Virus record (IMG/VR): IMGVR_UViG_3300032292_000618
Coordinates: 1 to 64,000 of that record
Source: a virus
Taxonomy: Duplodnaviria > Caudoviricetes
Direction: 5' to 3' (one strand)
DNA length: 64,000 nucleotides
Shown: positions 18,239 to 28,040 of the stretch, piece after piece
Position numbering within the stretch: the stretch's first letter is position 1
Layout: the number at the start of each line of letters is the position of its first letter
Position numbers and translations under genes: made by a program
Notes under the pieces: generated by a model
What the model was told of the DNA's origin: nothing
What the model saw: the letters and a program-made list of their open reading frames with translations, nothing else
The model's database searches: none

Positions 18239-21200
18239 ATGCCCCAAAGTACAAATTTAAATAGAAGTCCATATTATGATGACTTCAATGCATCTAAGAA
18301 CTATTATAAAGTTCTTTTTAAGCCAGGTGTTACAGTACAGACAAGGGAATTAACAACTTTACAATCAATTTTACAAAATCAAATTGAAAGATTTGGAAGT
18401 AAATTTTTTAGTAACGGTGGAGTTGTAGTTCCTGGAGCAGTTTCTTATGATTCTGCATACAATGCAATAGAATTAAATAATACATTTAAAGGTCTTGATG
18501 TAGAAGAATATTTTAATCAATTAGTTGGAAAAACAATAAGAGGATCTATTACAGGAATAACTGCTAAAGTAGTTAAGGTTCTGTCTAGATCAGAGTCTGA
18601 TAAAGAAAATACTACATTATATGTAAAATATCAAACTTCTTCTCCTGATAATTTTGAAACTGACTTATTTGAAAATGGAGAAGAGCTTACAACAACAGAA
18701 GACATTATATTAGGGGCTGGATTTATTTTTGCTGGAGAATCTGTTGCAAGTATAGCAAATCCTATTGGGAGAAATGCAACCTCAGTTGGTTCTGCTGCAT
18801 CAATAGAAGAAGGAGTATTCTTTATCAGAGGATACTTCGTAAATGTAGAAAAAGAAACTATTATATTAGATCAATACACGAATACCCCTACTTATAGAGT
18901 AGGTCTAAGTATTTCAGAAATTATAAATGACTCTAATGATGATTCATCATTAAATGATAATGCTCAAGGATTTTCTAATTTTGCAGCTCCTGGAGCAGAT
19001 AGATTCTCTATTAAATTATCATTATCAAAAAAATCAGTAGATGATTATAATGATGATGATTTTGTAGAACTTTTCAGAGTAGAGAATGGAATAGTAAGAA
19101 AAATTAAAGCAGATACTAAAGAGACCTTCATAACTGATGTTTTAGCTAGAAGAACATTTGATGAGTCTGGAAACTATTCAATCACTGGATATTTTGTCAG
19201 CGCTTTAGAATCTTTAAATAATGGATATGGAAATAACGGAATTTATTCTGATGGGCAAAAAACATCTAGTGGATCAGTTCCATCAGATGATTTAGCAGTA
19301 TTAAGAATTTCTCCAGGAAAATCATATGTTAAAGGGTATGAAGTAGATACTGTAGAAACTATTGTTGATTATCCAAAACCAAGAACTACAAAAGCAGTAG
19401 AGTCCTCATCTACTACGTTTTTTGCTGGAGATGTTTTAAGAGTCAATAATGTAATAAATTCTCCTAAGATAGGATTAACTACAACTGGAATAATATCATT
19501 ATATGATTCTAGATTAGAAAATCAAGTGTCTACTGGCACCACGATTGGATTTGCTAGAGTTTATGATTTTGAATCAAACAATACTTCTTATGAAAATCCA
19601 TCAAGTCAATTTAATTTAAGACTTTTTGACATTCAAACATATACTAATATAGTATCAACAACTGGAATTACATCTGCAGTTTTAGTTGGAACCTATGTAC
19701 AAGGATCAAATACTAGCGCATCAGGATTTGTAAAATCAGTTTCTAGTAATCAATTATCTTTATATCAAGTATCTGGTAAGTTTTCTAAAAATGAAACTCT
19801 AATATTTGATGGGATATCAAGCAGCAATTCAATTGGAACTGTAACTGATTATTCTATTAATGATGTTAAATCAATTTCAGATTCAAATGGGTTTGTATGT
19901 GATACTGTATTAACAGAAACTACTTCATTAGTTGGACCTTTTGATGTTTCTGTTTATTCTCCAACTGGAATAGCAACTATCACAAAAAACAATGGAGATA
20001 CTTTTGCAGGAATTTTGAAACTTGGAGATATTATTTCATATGATACTTCAGGATCAGTAAACTCTATCTTTACTAAGATAGTTTCTATTGCTGCCACAAA
20101 AAACAAAATTACAGTTACTGGGGTTTCCACAGTAACCAATGTTTGTAGTGGAAATATTGGAGTGGGAACTTACTCACTACAAACTTTAAATTTAAAGAGA
20201 CCTCAAATATTTAATCCTGAAGAATCTTCTTTATATTCCCAATTAAATAATTCTAATATTTCAAATGTAAACTTTTTAAATTCCAGTGTTTATGTAAAGA
20301 GAGAATATAGTGGTCTTACTAAGTCTGGAACAACTTTAACTTTACCATCTCTTTCTGGAACTGATTATGTTTATTCTGGATTTGACGAAGAAAGATATAT
20401 TGTAGTAAATGCAAATAGCACTCTTGAAAATTTAACAAATTCAACTTTTACCATAACTAATGGTGGCAAAAATGCTGAATTTACTAATTTGAGTGCTGTT
20501 GCTGGTCCATGTAGAGTAATAACTACTCAGATTAAATCTAATGTTACTGCAAAACAGAAGAAGTTAAATAGATGCTCTACAATAACAATAGATAGAACAA
20601 AATATTCCACTCCAAAAAATGTTGGATTGGGATATACCAGCATCTATGGAGTAAGAGTAGAAGACACTCAAATTAGTTTAAATGTTCCAGATGTAATTCA
20701 AATACAAGCAGTATATGAATCATCTAATACTTCAGCACCAACTGTACCTTGGATAGCTTTAACTGGAATTGAAAGTCCAAGCAGCACAACCACTGATTTG
20801 ATAGTAGGTGAACTACTTGTAGGAGAAACCAGTGGAGCAGTAGCAGTATATGCAGAGCAAAGAGGATCAACTCAAATTTATTTAATTTATAAAACTCAAC
20901 AAACATTTCAAGTATCTGAAACAGTAAGATTTAAAGAAAGTGGAGTTAGTGCAGTTGTTGGAGTGGTTGAATATGGAGACAAAAATATACTAGATGAATT
21001 TACTTTAGATAATGGACAAAGGAAGCAATATTATGATTATTCTAGAATAGTAAGAAAACTATCTTCAAAAGAACCTTTTGGAAGATTAAAAGTTTATTTT
21101 GATTACTTTAGTTTTGAACCTAGTGATTCTGGAGATTTAATTTCAGTCAATAGTTATCCAAACTTCATTTATGGAAAGTCTATTCCAACATATGATGGTA

Positions 21201-24200
21201 TAAGAAATACTGATACTATAGACATCAGACCTAGAGTTGGTAGTTATATTATTGAAACTAAGTTAAGTCCTTTTGATTTTACATCAAGATCATTTAATTC
21301 CAGTGGCAATAATTCTTCTCAAATACTGGCATCAGGAGAAAGTATTATCTTTGATTATGATTTCTACTTACCAAGAACTGACAAATTAATTTTAGATAGA
21401 GAAGGTAACTTTAATATTGTTTTTGGGGATCCAAGTGAGACTCCAATTGCACCATCAGTTTCATCAGAAACTTTAGAAGTAGCTACTATAATTAGTTCTC
21501 CTTATGTTTATGATATAAATTCTGGAAATGAAATTATAGTAGTTCTTAAGGACAATAAGAGATATACAATGTCCGATTTGAGAGACATTGAAAATAGAGT
21601 TACAGGATTAGAATTCTATACTACATTGTCCTTATTAGAAACATCTACTCAAAATTTATTAATTGAGGATGAAAATGGTCTTAATAGATTTAAATCTGGA
21701 TTTTTTGTAGATAGCTTTAGAGATTATTCAGCATCAAATACTCAAGATCCTTCTTACAGTGCAGATATTTCAGATGGAACTTTAAGTCCACAAAAAGAAG
21801 GCAATAGAATAGATCTATCACTATTAACATCTGACAGTGAGTATTCCATAGAAACTATTAATATAAATGATACTCCATCAAATAATATTAAAAGAACTGG
21901 AACTATATTATCACTAAATTATAGTGAAGTAAAATATTTTGAGCAACCTTTTGCAAGTAGAGTAGTTAGTGTAAACCCATATAACATTACTACTTGGATT
22001 GGAAATCTTAAATTAAACCCAGCATATGATCATTGGCAAGTTTATATAAATGAAGATAGATGGATTCCAAATTATAATAGACGTGGGCAGGTTGAAGTAG
22101 CTGCAGTTCTTTATACTAGAATTCCATATATGAGGGCAAGGAACATTAAGTTCACTGCTACTAGATTAAAACCAACAACTAGATTTAATTTTGTATTTGG
22201 GGGATTAAATTTCTCAGAAGGATCTACTTCAGTATTTCCAAAACTGATAGAAATAACTAGTGTTTCTGGATCTTTCCAAGTTGGTGAAACAATTTATATT
22301 ACAAATGGAATTGATACTTGTGTTTGTAGATTATGTGCACCAAATCACAAACAAGGTCCAATAGATAATCCTTCCACAAAGTATGTAGTTAATCCATATT
22401 CTCCAACTGTAGGAATTTCTACTCTATATGGACCCCAATCTTCATTCTTAAACATAGATATAGAAACCTTAGCTCAACCTTTCCCATCTCAGTATTGGGG
22501 AAATGTTAAGAAAGGTTCTAGAGTATATGGATTAACCAGTAAAGCATCAGCTATAATATTAGATAACAGATTAATTACTGATGACAATGGTACTGTTCAG
22601 GGTTCAATTTGGATTCCTCCAAATGCACTGACCAGTGGATCAGTTACAGCTAAGTTAGAAACTTCTCAACCATTATTAGGTATTCCAGGAGAAACTTCAA
22701 GTTCAGCAGAAACTTCTTATTTTACTGCTGGAACTTTAATTACAACTGTTAGAAACATTTTTTATGATCCACTTGCTCAAACTTTTGTAGTTGATGATGA
22801 AAATGGAATCATACCTACTTCAGTAGATGTATTCTTTGCACAAAAAGATTCCTCAGTTCCAGTAACTTTACAAATAAGAGAAACTGTAAATGGATATCCA
22901 GGAGGATCAAATAGTATAGTAGGAGGACTGGGAGGATTAGAAAAAGTATTACTACCAAACCAAGTTAATACTAGTACTAATGGATTAACCTCAACTACAT
23001 TTACTTTTGATACTTTGGTAAGACTTGAAGGTGGTAAAGAATATGCAATAGTATTGCTATCAGATTCTGATGCTTATACAGTATGGCATTCTAGAATAGG
23101 AGAAGTTGAAATTAGCACTGCAAATCAAAATCAACTTGGTAAAATTATTATCAATAAACAACCATCTCTTGGAACTTTATTCAAGTCTCAAAATGGTGCC
23201 ACATGGGTTCCAAGTCCAGAAGATGATCTTAAATTTACATTAAAGAGAGCAGAGTTCATTTCAAATTCTGCAACTGCAAGATTCTATAATGCAAAAATAT
23301 CAACAAGATCTCAAGAAAGAAATCTTCAAAATAATCCTATAGTTGCAATTTCAACTTTAGGAGAATCTCCTGTAAATAATGGAAGATACATGTTAGTGTT
23401 TCACCCAAATCATGGTTTACATGCAGTGGGGAGTAAAGTTGAAATTATAGGAGTACAAAGTGATATTCTTCCCGAAAAATTAACAGTTGGTTATGGAATT
23501 ACTGATACTGGAGCAATTGGTATAGGAAATACATTAATATTTGGTACATATAATGGTTCTTTAGTTAATGCAACGAATCCAGGATACATAAAAATTGACG
23601 ATGAGATTATTAGATATGAGGCAGTTACATCTAATCAATTGCTTAATATTACTAGATCTCAGTTTGGTACTATAAGTTTACCTCATGACATAAATTCATT
23701 AGTATATAAGTATGAATTTAATAATGTTCCATTAACTAAGATTAATACTACTCATACTGTAGTTTCTTCGCCAAAACCAACATTAGATAGTTATTATGTT
23801 CAAGTTTCTGCAGGAAGCACATTTACTGATATAAAATCTGGAGGAGGTTCTGATGTATATGCTTCAAAGAATCAACAGTTTAACACTCTTTCAATCAATG
23901 AAGTTTTTACAACTTCATTTAATAAGACTTCTGTTTCTGGAAGAATTAGAACTATTTCATCTTCTAGTGTTGATGGACAAGAGGTGTCTTATGTTGATCA
24001 AGGATTTGAAGATATTGATGTGAATGAAACTACTGTGTTCCCAACAGTTAGAATGGTTGCATCAAAGGAAAATGAAACTGATTTTATCAATCCTACTGAA
24101 TTCCCTGGATCAAAATCATTTACTTTAGAATTAACTTTAAACACTCAAGATACTAAAATATCCCCATTAATTGATTTAGAGCAAACTTATGTCTCTACTG

Positions 24201-24673
24201 AAATCAATAGAATCAATCAACCAGTAGGAATTAGCTCATACTCAACAGATTCTAGAGTAAATTCTAATTTGAATGATCCACATTCATTTGTCCATATATC
24301 AACTAGAATAGATCTTCAGGAAAGTGCAAATTCATTAAAAGTTCTTTGTGCTGCAATAAGAGATTCTGATTCAGACTTCAGAGTTTTATATAAAATCTTT
24401 AGGAATGATGTTGCAGATGAAGATCAAGTATGGCAACTATTCCCAGGATACTTAAACCTAGATGTAAATGGAAGAGTCGTAGATGAAGATGATAATGATG
24501 GAAGACCTGACTCAAATGTTCCATCAAGTAGATTGGGAGAATATAGAGATTATTCATTCACTGCAGATAATCTTCCAACATTTACTGGATTCCAAATTAA
24601 AATTGTTGGAAGCAGCATATCACAAGCAACCTTCCCAACAATTAAAGATCTGAGAGCAATTGCATTGAAATGA
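18239..24673 (+). CDS. VrlC-like (DUF4815-type) large virion structural protein
   Basis: PYYDDF..K.YYKVLFKPG..VQ.RELT.LQ, APGADR, ARRTFDESG.Y, RFKSGFFVD.F, DPLAQTF, C-terminal DLRAIAL. Confidence 0.85.
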   Translation: MPQSTNLNRSPYYDDFNASKNYYKVLFKPGVTVQTRELTTLQSILQNQIERFGSKFFSNGGVVVPGAVSYDSAYNAIELNNTFKGLDVEEYFNQLVGKTIRGSITGITAKVVKVLSRSESDKENTTLYVKYQTSSPDNFETDLFENGEELTTTEDIILGAGFIFAGESVASIANPIGRNATSVGSAASIEEGVFFIRGYFVNVEKETIILDQYTNTPTYRVGLSISEIINDSNDDSSLNDNAQGFSNFAAPGADRFSIKLSLSKKSVDDYNDDDFVELFRVENGIVRKIKADTKETFITDVLARRTFDESGNYSITGYFVSALESLNNGYGNNGIYSDGQKTSSGSVPSDDLAVLRISPGKSYVKGYEVDTVETIVDYPKPRTTKAVESSSTTFFAGDVLRVNNVINSPKIGLTTTGIISLYDSRLENQVSTGTTIGFARVYDFESNNTSYENPSSQFNLRLFDIQTYTNIVSTTGITSAVLVGTYVQGSNTSASGFVKSVSSNQLSLYQVSGKFSKNETLIFDGISSSNSIGTVTDYSINDVKSISDSNGFVCDTVLTETTSLVGPFDVSVYSPTGIATITKNNGDTFAGILKLGDIISYDTSGSVNSIFTKIVSIAATKNKITVTGVSTVTNVCSGNIGVGTYSLQTLNLKRPQIFNPEESSLYSQLNNSNISNVNFLNSSVYVKREYSGLTKSGTTLTLPSLSGTDYVYSGFDEERYIVVNANSTLENLTNSTFTITNGGKNAEFTNLSAVAGPCRVITTQIKSNVTAKQKKLNRCSTITIDRTKYSTPKNVGLGYTSIYGVRVEDTQISLNVPDVIQIQAVYESSNTSAPTVPWIALTGIESPSSTTTDLIVGELLVGETSGAVAVYAEQRGSTQIYLIYKTQQTFQVSETVRFKESGVSAVVGVVEYGDKNILDEFTLDNGQRKQYYDYSRIVRKLSSKEPFGRLKVYFDYFSFEPSDSGDLISVNSYPNFIYGKSIPTYDGIRNTDTIDIRPRVGSYIIETKLSPFDFTSRSFNSSGNNSSQILASGESIIFDYDFYLPRTDKLILDREGNFNIVFGDPSETPIAPSVSSETLEVATIISSPYVYDINSGNEIIVVLKDNKRYTMSDLRDIENRVTGLEFYTTLSLLETSTQNLLIEDENGLNRFKSGFFVDSFRDYSASNTQDPSYSADISDGTLSPQKEGNRIDLSLLTSDSEYSIETININDTPSNNIKRTGTILSLNYSEVKYFEQPFASRVVSVNPYNITTWIGNLKLNPAYDHWQVYINEDRWIPNYNRRGQVEVAAVLYTRIPYMRARNIKFTATRLKPTTRFNFVFGGLNFSEGSTSVFPKLIEITSVSGSFQVGETIYITNGIDTCVCRLCAPNHKQGPIDNPSTKYVVNPYSPTVGISTLYGPQSSFLNIDIETLAQPFPSQYWGNVKKGSRVYGLTSKASAIILDNRLITDDNGTVQGSIWIPPNALTSGSVTAKLETSQPLLGIPGETSSSAETSYFTAGTLITTVRNIFYDPLAQTFVVDDENGIIPTSVDVFFAQKDSSVPVTLQIRETVNGYPGGSNSIVGGLGGLEKVLLPNQVNTSTNGLTSTTFTFDTLVRLEGGKEYAIVLLSDSDAYTVWHSRIGEVEISTANQNQLGKIIINKQPSLGTLFKSQNGATWVPSPEDDLKFTLKRAEFISNSATARFYNAKISTRSQERNLQNNPIVAISTLGESPVNNGRYMLVFHPNHGLHAVGSKVEIIGVQSDILPEKLTVGYGITDTGAIGIGNTLIFGTYNGSLVNATNPGYIKIDDEIIRYEAVTSNQLLNITRSQFGTISLPHDINSLVYKYEFNNVPLTKINTTHTVVSSPKPTLDSYYVQVSAGSTFTDIKSGGGSDVYASKNQQFNTLSINEVFTTSFNKTSVSGRIRTISSSSVDGQEVSYVDQGFEDIDVNETTVFPTVRMVASKENETDFINPTEFPGSKSFTLELTLNTQDTKISPLIDLEQTYVSTEINRINQPVGISSYSTDSRVNSNLNDPHSFVHISTRIDLQESANSLKVLCAAIRDSDSDFRVLYKIFRNDVADEDQVWQLFPGYLNLDVNGRVVDEDDNDGRPDSNVPSSRLGEYRDYSFTADNLPTFTGFQIKIVGSSISQATFPTIKDLRAIALK

Positions 24674-24909
24674 TACATAACAACACAAAATATGCAAAAG
24701 TTGAAGGACACCCAAATTTGTTAAGGGATCTTTCAACTAATGCAATTATTAATACAGATTCTATTTCATCTGATCATTATACTATGTTAAAGAATAGAAA
24801 GATTTCAGAAAAAGTTAGAGTAGATAATCTTGAAACTGAATTATTTAAATTAAAATCTTCTATTAATGAAATAAAATGTTTATTAAAGGATTTAATTAAT
24901 GGATCATGA
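24670..24909 (+). CDS. Conserved small protein with C-terminal coiled coil
   Basis: KVEGHPNL.RD..TNAIIN motif, usual position after VrlC. Confidence 0.8.
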   Translation: MIHNNTKYAKVEGHPNLLRDLSTNAIINTDSISSDHYTMLKNRKISEKVRVDNLETELFKLKSSINEIKCLLKDLINGS

Positions 24910-25090
24910 AGAATTAAAACTTGAAAGTATTAATAAATTATTTGAGTTTGAAAAAATTTCAAGAGAACTTGATACTTGTACTAATATAGATTTAATGAAA
25001 AATATTTGTAAATGTTATGTCAAACTATATTTGAAACAGCAAGAATCTTTAGTTTCAATTGCTAATGCTTTCCCAGATCTAAATAGTTAG
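24899..25090 (+). CDS. Small helical hypothetical protein
   Basis: 63 aa ORF overlapping the upstream gene; FEFEKISR...LYLKQQE. Confidence 0.7.
   Translation: MDHEELKLESINKLFEFEKISRELDTCTNIDLMKNICKCYVKLYLKQQESLVSIANAFPDLNS
25079..25085 (+). promoter_or_regulatory. Late promoter for gp13
   Basis: CTAAATA. Confidence 0.55.
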
Positions 25091-25105
25091 AAAAGTATTG
25101 GAATA

Positions 25106-25936
25106 ATGGCAAAACCAGCATCAAGACAACAATTGATTGATTATTGCCTGAGGCAACTTGGTGCCCCTGTTCTTGAAATAAATGTTGCTGAAGAACAATT
25201 AGATGATAGAGTAGATGAAGCTCTTCAATATTTCCAAGAGAGACATTTTGATGGAGTTCAAAGAATGTTTCTTAAATACAAACTGACAGAAAACGATATA
25301 CAAAGAGGAAGATCAAAAGGTGGAAATTTTAATACAGGAATAGTAACTACTACTGTTACTACTGGAATAGGATCTTTTGGTTGGGAAGAGAATAGTAATT
25401 ATATTCCAGTTCCAGATTCTGTAATTGGTATAGAAAAAGTATTTAAAATAGATAATAGAACAATTGCATCTAATCTTTTTAATGTAAATTATCAATTATT
25501 TTTAAATGACATATATTGGTTTAGTTCAACTGAAATGTTGAACTATTATGTAACTAAAAGATATCTTGAAGATATTGATTGGATTGTTAATCCACAAAGA
25601 CAGTTGAGATTTAATAAAAGACAGAATAGACTTTATATTGATATGAGTTGGGATGCTGTTAAAGAAGACCAATATCTCCTCATAGAATGCTATAGAATTT
25701 TAGATCCATCAGAATCTACTAATGTATGGAATGATTCTTTTCTAAAAAAATATTTGACTTCATTGATTAAAAAGCAATGGGGACAGAATTTAATTAAGTT
25801 CCAAGGAGTAAAACTTCCAGGAGGAGTAGAACTTAATGGAAGACAAATATATGATGATGCAGTAAAAGAATTGCAAGATATTAAGGACAGAATGATGTTA
25901 GAGTATGAAGAGCCACCTATGGATCTAATAGGATAA
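25106..25936 (+). CDS. gp13: Neck protein gp13
   Basis: YCLRQLGAPVLEINV, QWG.NL.KF.G..LPGGV.LNG. Confidence 0.93.
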   Translation: MAKPASRQQLIDYCLRQLGAPVLEINVAEEQLDDRVDEALQYFQERHFDGVQRMFLKYKLTENDIQRGRSKGGNFNTGIVTTTVTTGIGSFGWEENSNYIPVPDSVIGIEKVFKIDNRTIASNLFNVNYQLFLNDIYWFSSTEMLNYYVTKRYLEDIDWIVNPQRQLRFNKRQNRLYIDMSWDAVKEDQYLLIECYRILDPSESTNVWNDSFLKKYLTSLIKKQWGQNLIKFQGVKLPGGVELNGRQIYDDAVKELQDIKDRMMLEYEEPPMDLIG

Positions 25937-25937
25937 T

Positions 25938-27314
25938 ATGTTAAATCCATTTTTCATTCAAGGCACAAATACAGAACAAGGTTTATTACAAGATCTTGTA
26001 AATGAACAATTAAAAATGTATGGCATAGAAGTTTATTATATGCCAAGACAAATCTTTTCTCAGGGAAAGGTTATTAGAGATGTTTTATTTTCAAAATTCA
26101 AAAATGCTTTTCCTATAGAAGCATATTTAATGAGTTATGAAGGTTTTGATTCTAATAGTATTTTAATGTCTAAATTTGGAGTTAAAATTACTGATGAAAT
26201 GAGTCTTATAGTATCAAAGGAAAGATTTGATACTTATGTTGGCGAATTAATGAAGTCAATAGTCAATGTAAAAAATCCATTAAGACCTAATGAAGGGGAT
26301 TTAATTTACATCCCCCTCTCTGATAGTTTAATGGAAATTAAGTATGTAGAGAATAGAAAACCATTCTATCAACTTCAAAAAAATTATGTGTATGAATTAA
26401 AGTGTGAACTATATGAATTTGAAGATGATGAAGTATCTACTGGAATTGAAAGTGTAGACCAGATGCTGAAACCCATTGGGTATGGAGCAGAATTAACCCT
26501 TGCAGGATTGGGAATTACTGCAACTGCATACACTGGATTAGTTAATGGAGCAGTTCAAAAGATAGATGTAATTAGTGGGGGATATAGATATGCATCATCT
26601 CCAACATTTGTGATTGAAGAACCATATTCTGGTATTAGAGCTTCTGCTGTTGGAATAATGTCAGAATCTAGAGGACTGACTGGAGGAAAAAGTTTAAAGA
26701 AAGTTTATATTCAAAATGCAGGTCTTGGTTATTCAGCATCAAATCCACCAGCATTATCTTTATTTGGTGGGGGTGGATATGGAGCTAGTGCAAGGGTTAG
26801 CATATCTACAACTGGAAGTATTGGTATAGTTACAGTAACTTATCCAGGAACTGGATATGTGCAACCACCATCAGTTACTTTTTCTTCTCCAGTATCTGGT
26901 GGAACAACTGCTATTGCAGAAGCATTTTTAAATTCTTCTGGTGGCATTTCAACTATTAGAATAGTAAATGCTGGGGTTGGATACACTACTAGACCAACCA
27001 TAACTATATCTGCAGGATCTACTATTTCTTCTGGAAACTTTATATTTGGAGAACAAGTTTCTGGATCTATTTCTGGGGCTATAGGTTTTGTTAAAGATTG
27101 GAATTCTGATACTAAGATATTAAAAGTATCTGGTATGGCAACAGATTTTGCTATTGGCGATGTAGTTGTTGGTGCAGCATCAAGTGCAAGATATTTCTTA
27201 AGGTTATACCAAACATATGAATTGCAATCTGCATATGACAATAGAGATGTTATAGAATCAGAAGCAGATTCTATAATAGACTTTAGTGAAGTAAACCCAT
27301 TTGGGGAAGTTTAA
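25938..27314 (+). CDS. gp14: Neck protein gp14 with inserted G.GY-repeat region
   Basis: VYYMPR, SKFG, RPNEGDLIY.P, PFYQL, DFSE.NPFGE. Confidence 0.9.
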   Translation: MLNPFFIQGTNTEQGLLQDLVNEQLKMYGIEVYYMPRQIFSQGKVIRDVLFSKFKNAFPIEAYLMSYEGFDSNSILMSKFGVKITDEMSLIVSKERFDTYVGELMKSIVNVKNPLRPNEGDLIYIPLSDSLMEIKYVENRKPFYQLQKNYVYELKCELYEFEDDEVSTGIESVDQMLKPIGYGAELTLAGLGITATAYTGLVNGAVQKIDVISGGYRYASSPTFVIEEPYSGIRASAVGIMSESRGLTGGKSLKKVYIQNAGLGYSASNPPALSLFGGGGYGASARVSISTTGSIGIVTVTYPGTGYVQPPSVTFSSPVSGGTTAIAEAFLNSSGGISTIRIVNAGVGYTTRPTITISAGSTISSGNFIFGEQVSGSISGAIGFVKDWNSDTKILKVSGMATDFAIGDVVVGAASSARYFLRLYQTYELQSAYDNRDVIESEADSIIDFSEVNPFGEV

Positions 27315-27321
27315 CTAAATA
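27315..27321 (+). promoter_or_regulatory. Late promoter for the collagen/subtilase pair
   Basis: CTAAATA. Confidence 0.55.
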
Positions 27322-27340
27322 AAAATAAACTGTCAACATA

Positions 27341-28039
27341 ATGTCTAGGCAAACAATATCTACTGGGTTTACACCTAATGATGGAACTGGAGACAGTTTA
27401 TTCCAAGGTGCTACCAAAATTAATAGCAATTTTAGTGAAATTTATACTACCTTTGGGGATGGAACAACTTTAAATGCTGCTGCAGGAGCTCAAGGTCCTC
27501 AAGGTCCTATTGGGTTAAGAGGACCCCAGGGAACTTCTGGAACATTAGGTCCACAAGGTGTTCAAGGATCTAGTATTGTTGGTCCACAGGGGTCTCAGGG
27601 GATTAGTGGGGCAATAGGTCCACAAGGACCTTCTGGAGGTGGAGGTGGTGGAAGTAGTTTGCAATCAAGGACTACTGCTTCAGCTACTACCCCAACATTA
27701 AATGCAAATTCTTCTTCTAATGTAATAATATCTGGATTTAAATCATATTTGTTGTTAAAAATTCAAACTTCTGTTGCTGCATGGGTTACACTTTATACTG
27801 ACACAACATCAAGAGATTTAGATTCTACTAGAACTGAGGGAACAGATCCATTACCAGGATCTGGAGTTGTTGCTGAAATAATAACTACAGGGGCATCTAC
27901 TCAATTAATAAGTCCAGGAGCTTTAGGATTTAATAATGATGTTTCTGTATCTGGAAACATTTATGCAAAAATTTATAATAAGAGTGGTTCTCAGCAAGCA
28001 ATAACAGTTACTTTAACTCTACTTCAATTAGAGAACTAA
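27341..28039 (+). CDS. Short collagen-like fibre with gp9/gp10-type N-terminal anchor motif
   Basis: N-terminal G..PNDGTGD.L..G..KIN.NF.EIY, Gly-X-Y (GPQ) repeats, poly-Gly linker, beta-rich C-domain. Confidence 0.8.
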   Translation: MSRQTISTGFTPNDGTGDSLFQGATKINSNFSEIYTTFGDGTTLNAAAGAQGPQGPIGLRGPQGTSGTLGPQGVQGSSIVGPQGSQGISGAIGPQGPSGGGGGGSSLQSRTTASATTPTLNANSSSNVIISGFKSYLLLKIQTSVAAWVTLYTDTTSRDLDSTRTEGTDPLPGSGVVAEIITTGASTQLISPGALGFNNDVSVSGNIYAKIYNKSGSQQAITVTLTLLQLEN

Positions 28040-28040
28040 A

